Made by a program: the position numbers and the translations under genes. The notes under the pieces are model-generated. The model saw nothing but the letters and a program-made list of their open reading frames with translations. It did not search any database and was not told where the DNA came from. Below, piece by piece: positions 45,169-54,009 of a stretch of DNA of 64,000 nucleotides. The DNA is taken from NCBI GenBank assembly GCA_041484665.1, contig JBGPIA010000001.1, positions 704,001-768,000 of the forward strand. Direction: 5' to 3'. The stretch comes from Candidatus Krumholzibacteriia bacterium (lineage in GTDB: Bacteria > Krumholzibacteriota > Krumholzibacteriia > JAJRXK01). Each line of letters begins with the position of its first letter. The first letter of the stretch is position 1.

Positions 45169-46119
45169 CTATCCCTTTGACTGGCCCTGCGCCGGGGGCG
45201 CCGTCCAGGGCGGCTGGTTGCGCAGCATCGCCTTCAGCTGGAGAGCCTCGGACGTCCCGCGCAGGCGCGCGAGCGAGCGCACGTAGTACGCCAGCGCCCA
45301 CAGCTGCTCGTCAGGAAGCGAGCCCTCCCAGGTCGGCATGGCCGTGCCGCCGATTCCCGCCGCGATCGTCCGGTACAGGTCGGCCAGGTCCGTGCCCGAG
45401 CGGATGCGGTGGAAGGTGAAGTCGGGCGGATAGATCTTTACGCCGTAGTCGCTGTCCTTCAGCTCGGGGGTGTAGATCTTCGCGTCGAGATCGGTGCGCC
45501 CGACTCCGGTGAGCTCCACGCCCGCCGTGTAGATCTCCGGATAGGTGGCGTAGGCCGGGTGGCAGGACAGGCACTGTGCCAGGCCGTGGTAGAGCTTCTT
45601 GCCCAGCGCCACGGCTGCTGCTTCGCGCGCGGGCCCGAAGGGATCCTCCGGAGCCACGATCGGCTTGCCCTTCTCCTCCTGCGGATCGGTCCAGCGCGGT
45701 GAGAACGTCTTGATGTACTGGACCACCGCCTCCAGCCGCCGGTCGGAGATGTCCCACGGCAGCATGGCCGTGCCGTCGAGACCGCGGCGGACGATGCGTT
45801 TGAAATCGTCGTCATTGGGCAGGGAGCCCGACTCCACGGCCACGAACTTGTAGGTGCCCTGCCGGAAGTCCCGCGGCGGAGGCCGCAGCCCTTTGGACGC
45901 CGGGCCCTTGCCGTCGCCATTCACGCCGTGGCAGGCGCGGCAGTACTGCAGGTAGGTGTCGCGGCCGAGGTTCAGCGTCGCCGCCTCGACCTTCACGCCG
46001 CCCAGGGTCACGGGCTCCTTGAAGTGCCGCTGGACGCAGCCGCCCAGCAGCGACGCGGCGGTGAGGGCCAGTGCCGCGCCGGCGGCCCCGAGCAGTGGCG
46101 TGCGCGAGGAGTGCATCAC
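45169..46119 (-). CDS. Diheme c-type cytochrome, probable lipoprotein
   Basis: CRACH and CLSCH; two GTAM motifs; lipobox-like LLGGC. Confidence 0.88.
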   Translation of the reverse strand: MMHSSRTPLLGAAGAALALTAASLLGGCVQRHFKEPVTLGGVKVEAATLNLGRDTYLQYCRACHGVNGDGKGPASKGLRPPPRDFRQGTYKFVAVESGSLPNDDDFKRIVRRGLDGTAMLPWDISDRRLEAVVQYIKTFSPRWTDPQEEKGKPIVAPEDPFGPAREAAAVALGKKLYHGLAQCLSCHPAYATYPEIYTAGVELTGVGRTDLDAKIYTPELKDSDYGVKIYPPDFTFHRIRSGTDLADLYRTIAAGIGGTAMPTWEGSLPDEQLWALAYYVRSLARLRGTSEALQLKAMLRNQPPWTAPPAQGQSKG

Positions 46120-46191
46120 GGAGACTGTCCTCTCCCCCCATGGCGGCGCAGTGCTCGGCCGCGACCTGCGGCCGGCCAGCGTGCCACGCGC

Positions 46192-46779
46192 CTAGAGCAC
46201 GAAGATCGCCACGAACATGATGATCCACACCAGGTCCACGAAGTGCCAGTACATCGAAACGGGCTGCACGGGAAGGCGCCCTGTGCCCGCACCGCCGGCC
46301 GCACCGGCGCGCGCCGCCAGCCAGGCCAGCGCCGCGAGCCCGCCCAGCACGTGCAGCGCGTGCAGAACCGTCAGCGCGTAGAAGACCGAGCCGAACACGC
46401 CCTGCGGCACGATCCCGCTGCGCAGCGTGCGCATCCACAGCAGCACCTGCAGCGCTACGAAGCAGGCACCCAGGCCGATCGCCGCCCATGCGCCGCGCGC
46501 CAGAGCGCCGCGCTTTCCGGCGCTCTGCTGCCGCGCGCCGTGCGCCAGCGCGAAGCTGCTCGCGCCCAGCACGAAGGTGTTGGCCAATGCCTGCGCGAGC
46601 GGCAGTGGCCCCGTCCCGGGCGGCGGCCAGACCGGCTGCTGGACGCGCAGCACGACGTAGGCCAAGAACAGGGTGGCAAAGAGCATCAGCCACGACGCCA
46701 GGGCGATCGTCATCCCCACGTAGGAGGTCGCCCGGTCGTCGTCCCGCGCTGGCGCAGGCATGATCGCCGTCATGTGCAT
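46192..46779 (-). CDS. ctaE: Heme-copper oxidase subunit III-like protein
   Basis: NT.VL..SS, FY.LT..H..HV..G and YWHFVD.VW. Confidence 0.88.
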   Translation of the reverse strand: MHMTAIMPAPARDDDRATSYVGMTIALASWLMLFATLFLAYVVLRVQQPVWPPPGTGPLPLAQALANTFVLGASSFALAHGARQQSAGKRGALARGAWAAIGLGACFVALQVLLWMRTLRSGIVPQGVFGSVFYALTVLHALHVLGGLAALAWLAARAGAAGGAGTGRLPVQPVSMYWHFVDLVWIIMFVAIFVL

Positions 46780-46797
46780 GGGCAGGCCGCTCCAGGA

Positions 46798-48576
46798 TCA
46801 GCTGTGGGCAGGCTGGCTCACCAGCTCCGTGCGCGCGATACGTTCGGCCGCCGGCGGATCGTCCGGCAGGCGTTCGGCCTGGCCGATCCAGTCCTTCGCC
46901 GTTTGCCGCGGATTGTTGAACTCGTGGGGGCCATGGTAGATGACGGGGATCTCCTTGAAGTTGTAATGGGGCACGGGCGTGGGCGTGGACCACTCCAGCG
47001 TCCCGACCTCCCACGGGTTGTCCGTGGCCTTCGCCCCCGCGAAGAAGCTCTTGAAGAAGTTGATGACGAAGAGCAGCTGCACCGCCCCCAGGATCAGAGC
47101 CGCGACGGTGATGAACTTGTTGAGCGGCTCGAGGTGTTGCAGATACGTGTAGACGGAGTGGTTGTAGATGCGCCGGTGCATCCCGGCCCACCCCCCGAAC
47201 AGCATCCCGCAGAACACGAAGTTGATGGGGAAGAAGGATAGCCAGAAGTGCAGCTTGCCGAGCCGCTCGTCCATCATCCGGCCGAACATCTTGGGGAACC
47301 AGTAGTAGATCGCCGCGAAGGAGCCCAGCAGCACCGCGGCTGCCATCGTCAGGTGGAAGTGCCCCACCACGAAGTAGGTATCGTGCAGGTAGAGATCGGT
47401 GCTGATGGAGGCGAGGTAGAGCCCCGTCAGGCCGCCCAGCCCGAACACGAACACCACACCGAGCGAGAACAGCATGGGCACGGTCAGGCGCAGCTTCCCC
47501 TTCCAGATGGTGTGGCACCAGTTGAGGAAGAGCAGCTCGGCGGGCACGCTGATGATCATGGTCAGCAGCATGAAGCTCTGCCCGAGCAATGGGCTCAGGC
47601 CCGTCGAGAACATGTGGTGCCCGTACACGACGGCCGACATGACCGTGATGGCGCCCATGGCGAACACGCTGAGCTTGTAGCCGTAGGCTGGCTTGCGCGC
47701 GAAGAACGCCAGCAGGTCGCCGATCACTCCCCAGGCCGGCAGGATGAGGATGTAGACCTCGGGGTGGCCGAAGATCCAGAACAGGTGCTGGAACAGGACG
47801 GGATCGCCGCCACCGTTGGTCACTGCGGCGCCGGCCGTGAAGAACTGCGTCCCGAACACGCGATCGAAGAACAGCAGCATCATCGCAGCGCCCAGCACGG
47901 GCACGAACAGCGCGTTCAGCACGGCCGTGTACCACATGCCCCACACGGTGAGCGGCATGTCCATGTAGCCCATGCCCGGCGCCCGCAGCCGGATCACGGT
48001 GGTAACGTAGTTCACGGCCCCCATGATCGTGCCCGTTCCGGTGAGGAACACCCCCACCACCCAGAACGTCTGCCCCAGCCCAGGCTGGCCGATCTTGGTA
48101 CTCAACGTGGGATAAGCGGTCCAGCCGCCGGCCGCGGCTCCCTGCGGCACGAACAGCGACACGAACATGACAACGCCCGCCGACAGCGCAAACCAGAACG
48201 AGAGCATGTTCAGCGTCGGGAAGGCCATGTCGCGGGCGCCGATCATGAGTGGGATGCAGAAGTTCCCGAAGCAGCCGATCAGGATCGGCGTGATAGCGAA
48301 GAAGATCATGATCGTGCCGTGCATGGTGAACAGGCTGGCGTAGGCGTCGGGAGGCACCGCTCCGTCGGTGTCCGGGTAGAAGATCTTCCCCACCAGCGGG
48401 ATGGCGTGGCCGGGGTGCGCCACGTTCCAGCGGATGAACATCGCCATCGTCCCGCCCACCAGCAGCCAGAAGAGGCCGAAGAAGAGGAACTGCTTGGCGA
48501 TGACTTTATGGTCCCGGGAGAAGACGTACTTTGCGACGAACGTCGTCGGAGCTGGATGGATGTGATCGTCGCTCAT
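46798..48576 (-). CDS. ctaD: Cytochrome c oxidase subunit I (A1-type HPEVY)
   Basis: TMHG, DMAFP, FWIFGHPEVY, GHHM, HDTYFVVGHFH and GM.RR; ATG overlaps the subunit II stop. Confidence 0.96.
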   Translation of the reverse strand: MSDDHIHPAPTTFVAKYVFSRDHKVIAKQFLFFGLFWLLVGGTMAMFIRWNVAHPGHAIPLVGKIFYPDTDGAVPPDAYASLFTMHGTIMIFFAITPILIGCFGNFCIPLMIGARDMAFPTLNMLSFWFALSAGVVMFVSLFVPQGAAAGGWTAYPTLSTKIGQPGLGQTFWVVGVFLTGTGTIMGAVNYVTTVIRLRAPGMGYMDMPLTVWGMWYTAVLNALFVPVLGAAMMLLFFDRVFGTQFFTAGAAVTNGGGDPVLFQHLFWIFGHPEVYILILPAWGVIGDLLAFFARKPAYGYKLSVFAMGAITVMSAVVYGHHMFSTGLSPLLGQSFMLLTMIISVPAELLFLNWCHTIWKGKLRLTVPMLFSLGVVFVFGLGGLTGLYLASISTDLYLHDTYFVVGHFHLTMAAAVLLGSFAAIYYWFPKMFGRMMDERLGKLHFWLSFFPINFVFCGMLFGGWAGMHRRIYNHSVYTYLQHLEPLNKFITVAALILGAVQLLFVINFFKSFFAGAKATDNPWEVGTLEWSTPTPVPHYNFKEIPVIYHGPHEFNNPRQTAKDWIGQAERLPDDPPAAERIARTELVSQPAHS

Positions 48577-49430
48577 CGCGTCTTCTCCCATTCCCAGCCC
48601 CAGAGGGCCTCGGCGTCCGTCGGATCGAAGCTCGCGACGGCGAAGCGGGCCGCCTCGGCGTACCAGCGCTCGAAGTCCTCCTGGGCCTCGATGGTCATCG
48701 TCCCCCTCATCTTGTAGTGCTCCAGCCCGCACATCTCGGCGCACACGATCTCGTAGCTGCCGGTCTTCACCGGCGTGAAGGTGTAGCGCGTCACGCGGCC
48801 GGGGTTGGCGTCTTGCTTGGTGCGGACGTTGGGCAAGAAGAAGCTGTGGATCACGTCCTTCGCCTTGAGCTGGACCAATACGCGGCGCCCCACCGGTAGG
48901 TGGAGGTCATTGAGCGTGATGATGTCGTCGCCCGTGTTGAACTGCCCGTCGGCGCCGGCGTAACGGATGTTCCATGCCCACTGCTGCGGCATGATCTCCA
49001 CGCGGAAGACTTCACTGCCATCCGTGAAATTCCAGAAGGCCTGCTTGAGGTCGTAGTAGCTGTGCACCAGCAGCGTCCCGTCCACCACAAAGAAGATCGC
49101 CGCCGAGATGGCGGCCGCGATGAGCAGGTCGCGGACGTGGCCGCCTTGGTGGTGGTAGTTCACCTGGTGCCTGCTCCCGGTGCGATGGGCGAGCATGGGC
49201 CAGAAGAGCAGGAAGCACAGGATCAGGAACAGCACAGCCAACATGATCGTGACCGTGTAGAAGAGCGAGTCGACGCGGTGCCCGTCCAGGGAGATGTCCG
49301 GCGCCGGCTTCATCCAATGGAACGGATCGCGCGCCCCGGTGCCATCGGCGAGCGCCAGCGCGGGCAGGGCGATGATGGGCAGCAGGACCAGGACACCGGC
49401 AAGGTACGCGCGCGCGCGGCCTGTCCTCAT
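48573..49430 (-). CDS. ctaC: Cytochrome c oxidase subunit II
   Basis: QWAW...Y, DVIHSF and the CuA motif CAEMCGLEHYKM. Confidence 0.94.
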   Translation of the reverse strand: MRTGRARAYLAGVLVLLPIIALPALALADGTGARDPFHWMKPAPDISLDGHRVDSLFYTVTIMLAVLFLILCFLLFWPMLAHRTGSRHQVNYHHQGGHVRDLLIAAAISAAIFFVVDGTLLVHSYYDLKQAFWNFTDGSEVFRVEIMPQQWAWNIRYAGADGQFNTGDDIITLNDLHLPVGRRVLVQLKAKDVIHSFFLPNVRTKQDANPGRVTRYTFTPVKTGSYEIVCAEMCGLEHYKMRGTMTIEAQEDFERWYAEAARFAVASFDPTDAEALWGWEWEKTR

Positions 49431-49732
49431 GGGTGCCTTTCGTCGCGAGCAGCGGCGGAGAGCCCGGTGGGATAGACGAGACGGCCCGCAGCCACCGCCA
49501 CGGGGAGCCCGTCCTCGCTGCGCCTGGTCCGAGCGCGGGTGCGCCGGCGGATCATCAGCACGGCGCCGCCGAACACCCCGAACGGCACGCCGAGGAAGCT
49601 CATGACCACGGGCAGAGTGGTGCGCGCCTTCTGGTCCGACTGGATACACGCCGGACAGGCCAGCGCCAGGCCGGGGCAAAGCAGCAGGGTCAGCAGGCAG
49701 ACGAATAGGGCCGCGCGGCTGCGCGTCGCCAC
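49427..49732 (-). CDS. Small exported membrane protein with ACPAC (CxxC) motif
   Basis: Signal peptide ending in ALA-CPAC, one TM helix, basic tail; stop overlaps the subunit II ATG; start 49732 or 49753. Confidence 0.65.
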   Translation of the reverse strand: MATRSRAALFVCLLTLLLCPGLALACPACIQSDQKARTTLPVVMSFLGVPFGVFGGAVLMIRRRTRARTRRSEDGLPVAVAAGRLVYPTGLSAAARDERHP

Positions 49733-49799
49733 AGAGCATCTCGATGCCGGCAAGCCTGGGTTCCTTTTTCGACAGCAGGGGGGTAGCTGAGGATGGGCG

Positions 49800-49970
49800 A
49801 ATCTAACCGGCGTCGCGCAGAACTGTCAACTCCCGCAGGCCGGCGCGATCAAACCCGGCGAGTGCGGCCCGGGCGGGGCGGCCGGGCGCGGACGCGGCGC
49901 CGCGGGCGCACGGGAATCGTGCCGCTCTCGTGCCGCTGGCGTTGACACCGGCACGCTCCTCGCGTAACGA
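49800..49970. promoter_or_regulatory. Divergent sigma70-type promoters between the two oxidase operons
   Basis: Minus strand TTGACA-18 nt-TAGATT (49829-49800); plus strand TTGACA-17 nt-TAACGA (49942-49970). Confidence 0.55.
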
Positions 49971-50047
49971 TTGCCCGCTGTTGTGGGTGCGCGCCCGCCG
50001 CCCCCGGCGGCTCCCCTAGGCGGAACACGCGCAGAAAGGTAGACGCG

Positions 50048-50683
50048 GTGAGTCAGGCAGAGGCGGCCGCCCCGGTGCGCCATGGTGCGCTCCATCGGCA
50101 GTCGTTCTCCATCGACCGCTACTTCGGGACCGCGACGCCGGGGAAGATCGGGATGTGGATCTTCCTCGTGGCGGACGCCATGGGTTTTGGGGGGCTGCTG
50201 ATCGCCTACGCCAATCTGCGGCGCTCCACGACGTGGCCGAACCCGGCCCACGTCCTGGGCATCCAGATCTCGGGTGTCGCCACCTTCATCCTGATCTGCA
50301 GCAGCGTCTCGATGGTCCTGGCGGTGGCCGCCGCGCAGGCCGCCAACCGCAAGGCGCTGATCCGTTATCTGGCGCTGACCATCCTGGGTGGCCTGGTCTT
50401 CCTGAGCATCCAGGCGACCGAGTACACCAAGCTCGTGCGCGAGGGCATGGGCTTCGCCCACTTCAGCCACGGCACGGGCCTTTTCGGCTCGACGTTCTAC
50501 TCGATCACGGGATTCCACGGGTGCCACGTGTTCTCCGGCGTGATCTACCTGACGGTGATCCTGCTCAAGTCGCTGCGCGGCCGGTACGACGGCGACGCCA
50601 GCCACGTAGAGCTCGTCGGGCTGTTCTGGCACTTCGTGGACCTGATCTGGATCCTCGTCTTCACCTTCGTCTACCTGCTCTAG
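50048..50683 (+). CDS. ctaE: Cytochrome c oxidase subunit III, second copy
   Basis: GMWIFL..D...F, TFILI.SS, FY.ITGFHG.HV and GLFWHFVD.IW. Confidence 0.92.
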   Translation: MSQAEAAAPVRHGALHRQSFSIDRYFGTATPGKIGMWIFLVADAMGFGGLLIAYANLRRSTTWPNPAHVLGIQISGVATFILICSSVSMVLAVAAAQAANRKALIRYLALTILGGLVFLSIQATEYTKLVREGMGFAHFSHGTGLFGSTFYSITGFHGCHVFSGVIYLTVILLKSLRGRYDGDASHVELVGLFWHFVDLIWILVFTFVYLL

Positions 50684-50694
50684 CGGGGGGCTCC

Positions 50695-50970
50695 ATGTCG
50701 TCGTCGCACAACAAGACGAAACAGTACATCCTGATCTGGGCCGTGCTGGCCGTGCTCACCGTCCTGGAGATCTTGGTGGCGACCCAGCTCCCCCACACCA
50801 CCTCGCGTTGGATGTGCCTGGTGCTGCTGGCGGTCTCGAAGGCCGCGTGCGTGGCCCTCTGGTACATGCACCTCAAGCTGGAGCGCGGCTGGCTGAAGTT
50901 CATCGCGGTGCTGCCCGCCACCGCGGCCGTCTACGCCCTCGTGCTGATGCGCGAGGTCGTGGCGCGCTGA
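50695..50970 (+). CDS. ctaF: Cytochrome c oxidase subunit IV (prokaryotic COX4 family)
   Basis: Three TM helices; L.VLT.LE and KA..V...YMHLK.E. Confidence 0.88.
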   Translation: MSSSHNKTKQYILIWAVLAVLTVLEILVATQLPHTTSRWMCLVLLAVSKAACVALWYMHLKLERGWLKFIAVLPATAAVYALVLMREVVAR

Positions 50971-51037
50971 GCGCCAGGGCCTGCGCGCGGCCCCACGGCG
51001 CTCGTGCGGGGCGGCCGGGCGGGCCGATGCCTACGCC

Positions 51038-51478
51038 ATGATCCTGTCCCTGCTGCCCACGCTGAATGCCTGCCTCAACGCGGCGGCGGCCGTGCTGTTG
51101 CTGCTGGGCTATCGCGCCATCAAGGCCGGCCGCACGCAGCAACACCACAAGATCATGATCGCGGCGTGCCTCACCGCCGCCGCCTTCCTCACCAGCTACG
51201 TGATCTACCACTCGCAGCATGGGTTGTCTCGCTTCCAGGGCAGAGGCCCCGTCCGCCCCATCTACTTCACCATCCTGACGACGCACACCACGCTGGCAGT
51301 TGTGCAGGTCCCCCTGATCATCACGACGCTCGTACTGGCCATGCGCGGTCGCATCGAGCGCCATCGCCGCTGGGCGAAGGTGACGTTCCCGATCTGGCTC
51401 TACGTGTCGGTGACGGGCGTGATCATCTACCTGATGCTGTACCACCTGTACCCGCAAGCGCCGGTGGCCGCGCGCTGA
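51038..51478 (+). CDS. DUF420 family membrane protein
   Basis: LP.LNA.LN, H...M, FL.SY..YH, Y..IL.TH and HR..A..T.PIW.YV..TG. Confidence 0.9.
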   Translation: MILSLLPTLNACLNAAAAVLLLLGYRAIKAGRTQQHHKIMIAACLTAAAFLTSYVIYHSQHGLSRFQGRGPVRPIYFTILTTHTTLAVVQVPLIITTLVLAMRGRIERHRRWAKVTFPIWLYVSVTGVIIYLMLYHLYPQAPVAAR

Positions 51479-51503
51479 GCCGTGCACACGAGGGAGTAGG
51501 GTC

Positions 51504-51821
51504 GTGGAGGTCGGGCGCTGGGATAAGCAGGCGGACGGGCCGCTCAGCGAGAGCGCGCTGCGCCAGCGCCTCGAGGCGCTGGGCTACGAGGTCTCCTTCT
51601 ACGTCTACCCGCCCGGCACTGCGTTTCCGTCCCATACGCACGGCGTGGACAAGATCGACGCCGTGCTCTCCGGGCACTTCCGCCTGTCGATGAACGGTGA
51701 GAGCGTGGTCTTGGGGCCAGGTGAGTGGCTGGCCGTGCCGTCCGGCGTGGTGCACAGCGCTGAGGTCGTGGGGGATCGGACGGTGGTCTCGCTCGACGCG
51801 GTGCGCCCGCGGTCGCGGTAG
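51504..51821 (+). CDS. Cupin domain protein
   Basis: H.H..DKID.V.SG and L.PG....VP.G..HSA. Confidence 0.85.
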   Translation: MEVGRWDKQADGPLSESALRQRLEALGYEVSFYVYPPGTAFPSHTHGVDKIDAVLSGHFRLSMNGESVVLGPGEWLAVPSGVVHSAEVVGDRTVVSLDAVRPRSR

Positions 51822-51937
51822 AGCGCCGAGGCGGCCGGCGGCGGGAGGCCCTGCGGCAGGGACGCCGGCAGCGGGAGCGTAACCGGCCACGTAGAAAGCA
51901 GGCGGTCGCTGGATGCGCGCCAGCACGGGCGCCGGCC

Positions 51938-51967
51938 TTGACCCTTCCCCGGTGGCGCTGGTAGATT
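51938..51967 (+). promoter_or_regulatory. sigma70-type promoter
   Basis: TTGACC-18 nt-TAGATT with extended -10 TG, 50 nt upstream of ATG 52017. Confidence 0.5.
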
Positions 51968-52016
51968 CCCCGCCACTTCCCAGCGGGCGTCCTCTCGGTC
52001 CCCTCGTTTCCAACGC

Positions 52017-54005
52017 ATGGTCTCTGCTCGTCTCAGCCGCCTCTTGGTTGTCCTGACGCTCGGGCTCATCACGCTCGGCGGCGTCGTGCACAACACCGAG
52101 AGCAGCCTCGCCTGCCCGGACTGGCCACTCTGCTTCGGCCAGGTCTTCCCGAAGATGCAGGGCGGCGTGGCGATCGAGCACAGCCACCGCCTAGTGGCGG
52201 CGCTCGTGGGGTTGCTGAGCATCGTGCTGGCCGTCGCGCTGCACCGACGCCGCCGCGACGACCCCGCAGCAGCGCACCTGGGCTGGACTGCGCTGGCCCT
52301 GGTCGTCGCCCAAGGGTTGTTGGGCGGGATCACGGTGCTGCTGCGGCTGCCGACCTTGGTCTCGACGGCCCACCTGGGGACGGCTCTGTTGTACTTCTGT
52401 ACGATGGTTCGCCTCGCGCTGCATCTGGCCGGCAGCGCCGCCCGCGAGCCGGCGGCGACCGTCGGCGCGGACGGGCTCGAGTCGGTGGGTCCGCGCGAGC
52501 CGGCGGCGGTCACCGCCGCGGGGACGGCTGGCGTGCCCGCGGCGCTCGGCGAGGCTCGCCGCTGGATCACCGCAGCGCTGGTCTGCGTCTACGCCCAGAC
52601 GCTCCTGGGGGCCTTCGTGCGGCACACGGGCAGCGGTGCGGCGGCGGGCCTGGGGCCGGGCGCCGCGTGGCTGGCGCGCGACCTGGAGCGCGGCGTCTCG
52701 ACCCTCTGGCCGGCGGACGGACCTGGCCGCCTGAATATGCTGCACCGCCTCGCCGCGCTGCTGGTCTTGGCGGTGGTCCTGACGGGGGCTGGCCGCGTGG
52801 TGCGCGCGGCGCGCCCCGGCCGGCGCGAGCGCAGCCTCGCCATCGCGGCGGTCTTGCTGGTGGCGCTTCAGGCGTCGTTGGGCGTGGCGAGCATCTGGAC
52901 CTACCTGAGCGTGACCGCGGTCACGCTGCACCTGTCGGTGGCGACGTTGCTGCTGGGCGTGCTGCTCGCCCTGCGCCTCGAGCTGCCGGGAGTCGCGCAC
53001 GCTACGGTCGTGGCCGGCGGCGTACGAGCCCTGCGCCGCGCGGGGCCTGCGGCGACGGGTGCCACGACGGCAGGCGCCACGACCGCAGGTGCCGCCGCCG
53101 TGGGCGCGGGGGCTGCGGTCGCCGCCGCACGCCCGCTGCCGGCAACCGGGGCACTGCGCGTGCTGGCCGACCTGGTGGCCCTGACCAAGCCGAGGCTGCT
53201 GATGCTGGTGGTGTTCACCAGCGGGGCGGGGCTGGTGCTCGCGCCCGGCACGGTGACCCTGCGCAGCGGCGCGACGGCTATCGCGCTCACCGCCTTGATC
53301 GTGGCCGCTGGAACGACGCTCAACATGCACCTCGAGCGCGATCTCGATGCACTCATGGAGCGGACGCGCGAGCGACCGCTGCCTGCGGGCCGGCTGCGCC
53401 CGGCCGTGGCCCTGGCCATGGGGATCCTGCTGGCGTGCGTCTCGGTGCCCCTGCTCTTCCTGTTCGTGAACCCGCTGACCGCCGTGCTGGGGACGCTGGC
53501 GTTCGCGCTCTACGTCGGCGCCTACACGCCCATGAAGCGGCGCAGCGCGGCCTCGGTCTACATCGGCGCCATCCCCGGTGCGACCCCGATCGTGATGGGT
53601 TGGACTGCGGCGACCGGCCACCTCGACCCGGGCGCCCTGTCGCTGTTCGCCATCCTGTTCCTGTGGCAGCTGCCGCATTTCATGGCGATCTCGCTCTACC
53701 GCAAGAGCGAGTACGCCGCGGCGGGCATCCGGATCCTGCCGCTGGTCGTCGGCGAGCGAGCGACCCGCTGGCACGCCGTGGCGGCGGCCCTGCTGCTGAC
53801 CGTGGCCACGCTGGTCCCCGCGGCGCTGGGCCTGGCCAGCCGGCCGTACCTCGCCGTCGCGGCCCTGCTGGCCCTGGCCACGCTGATCGGCAGCGTGCAC
53901 GTCCTGCGCGAGCGCGCGGAGCTCTCGTGGGCGCGCCGCTACTTCCTCGGCAGCCTCGTCTACCTGCCCGTGCTGCTGGGAACGCTGGTCATCGGGGCCC
54001 TCTGA
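52017..54005 (+). CDS. ctaA-ctaB: Fused heme A synthase (CtaA/COX15) and protoheme IX farnesyltransferase (CtaB/CyoE)
   Basis: N-terminal half ACPDWPLC, EHSHR, HR and H motifs; C-terminal half LTKPR, ERDLD.LMERT..RPLP.G, YTPMKR and WQLPHF; one continuous frame. Confidence 0.92.
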   Translation: MVSARLSRLLVVLTLGLITLGGVVHNTESSLACPDWPLCFGQVFPKMQGGVAIEHSHRLVAALVGLLSIVLAVALHRRRRDDPAAAHLGWTALALVVAQGLLGGITVLLRLPTLVSTAHLGTALLYFCTMVRLALHLAGSAAREPAATVGADGLESVGPREPAAVTAAGTAGVPAALGEARRWITAALVCVYAQTLLGAFVRHTGSGAAAGLGPGAAWLARDLERGVSTLWPADGPGRLNMLHRLAALLVLAVVLTGAGRVVRAARPGRRERSLAIAAVLLVALQASLGVASIWTYLSVTAVTLHLSVATLLLGVLLALRLELPGVAHATVVAGGVRALRRAGPAATGATTAGATTAGAAAVGAGAAVAAARPLPATGALRVLADLVALTKPRLLMLVVFTSGAGLVLAPGTVTLRSGATAIALTALIVAAGTTLNMHLERDLDALMERTRERPLPAGRLRPAVALAMGILLACVSVPLLFLFVNPLTAVLGTLAFALYVGAYTPMKRRSAASVYIGAIPGATPIVMGWTAATGHLDPGALSLFAILFLWQLPHFMAISLYRKSEYAAAGIRILPLVVGERATRWHAVAAALLLTVATLVPAALGLASRPYLAVAALLALATLIGSVHVLRERAELSWARRYFLGSLVYLPVLLGTLVIGAL

Positions 54006-54009
54006 CGCC

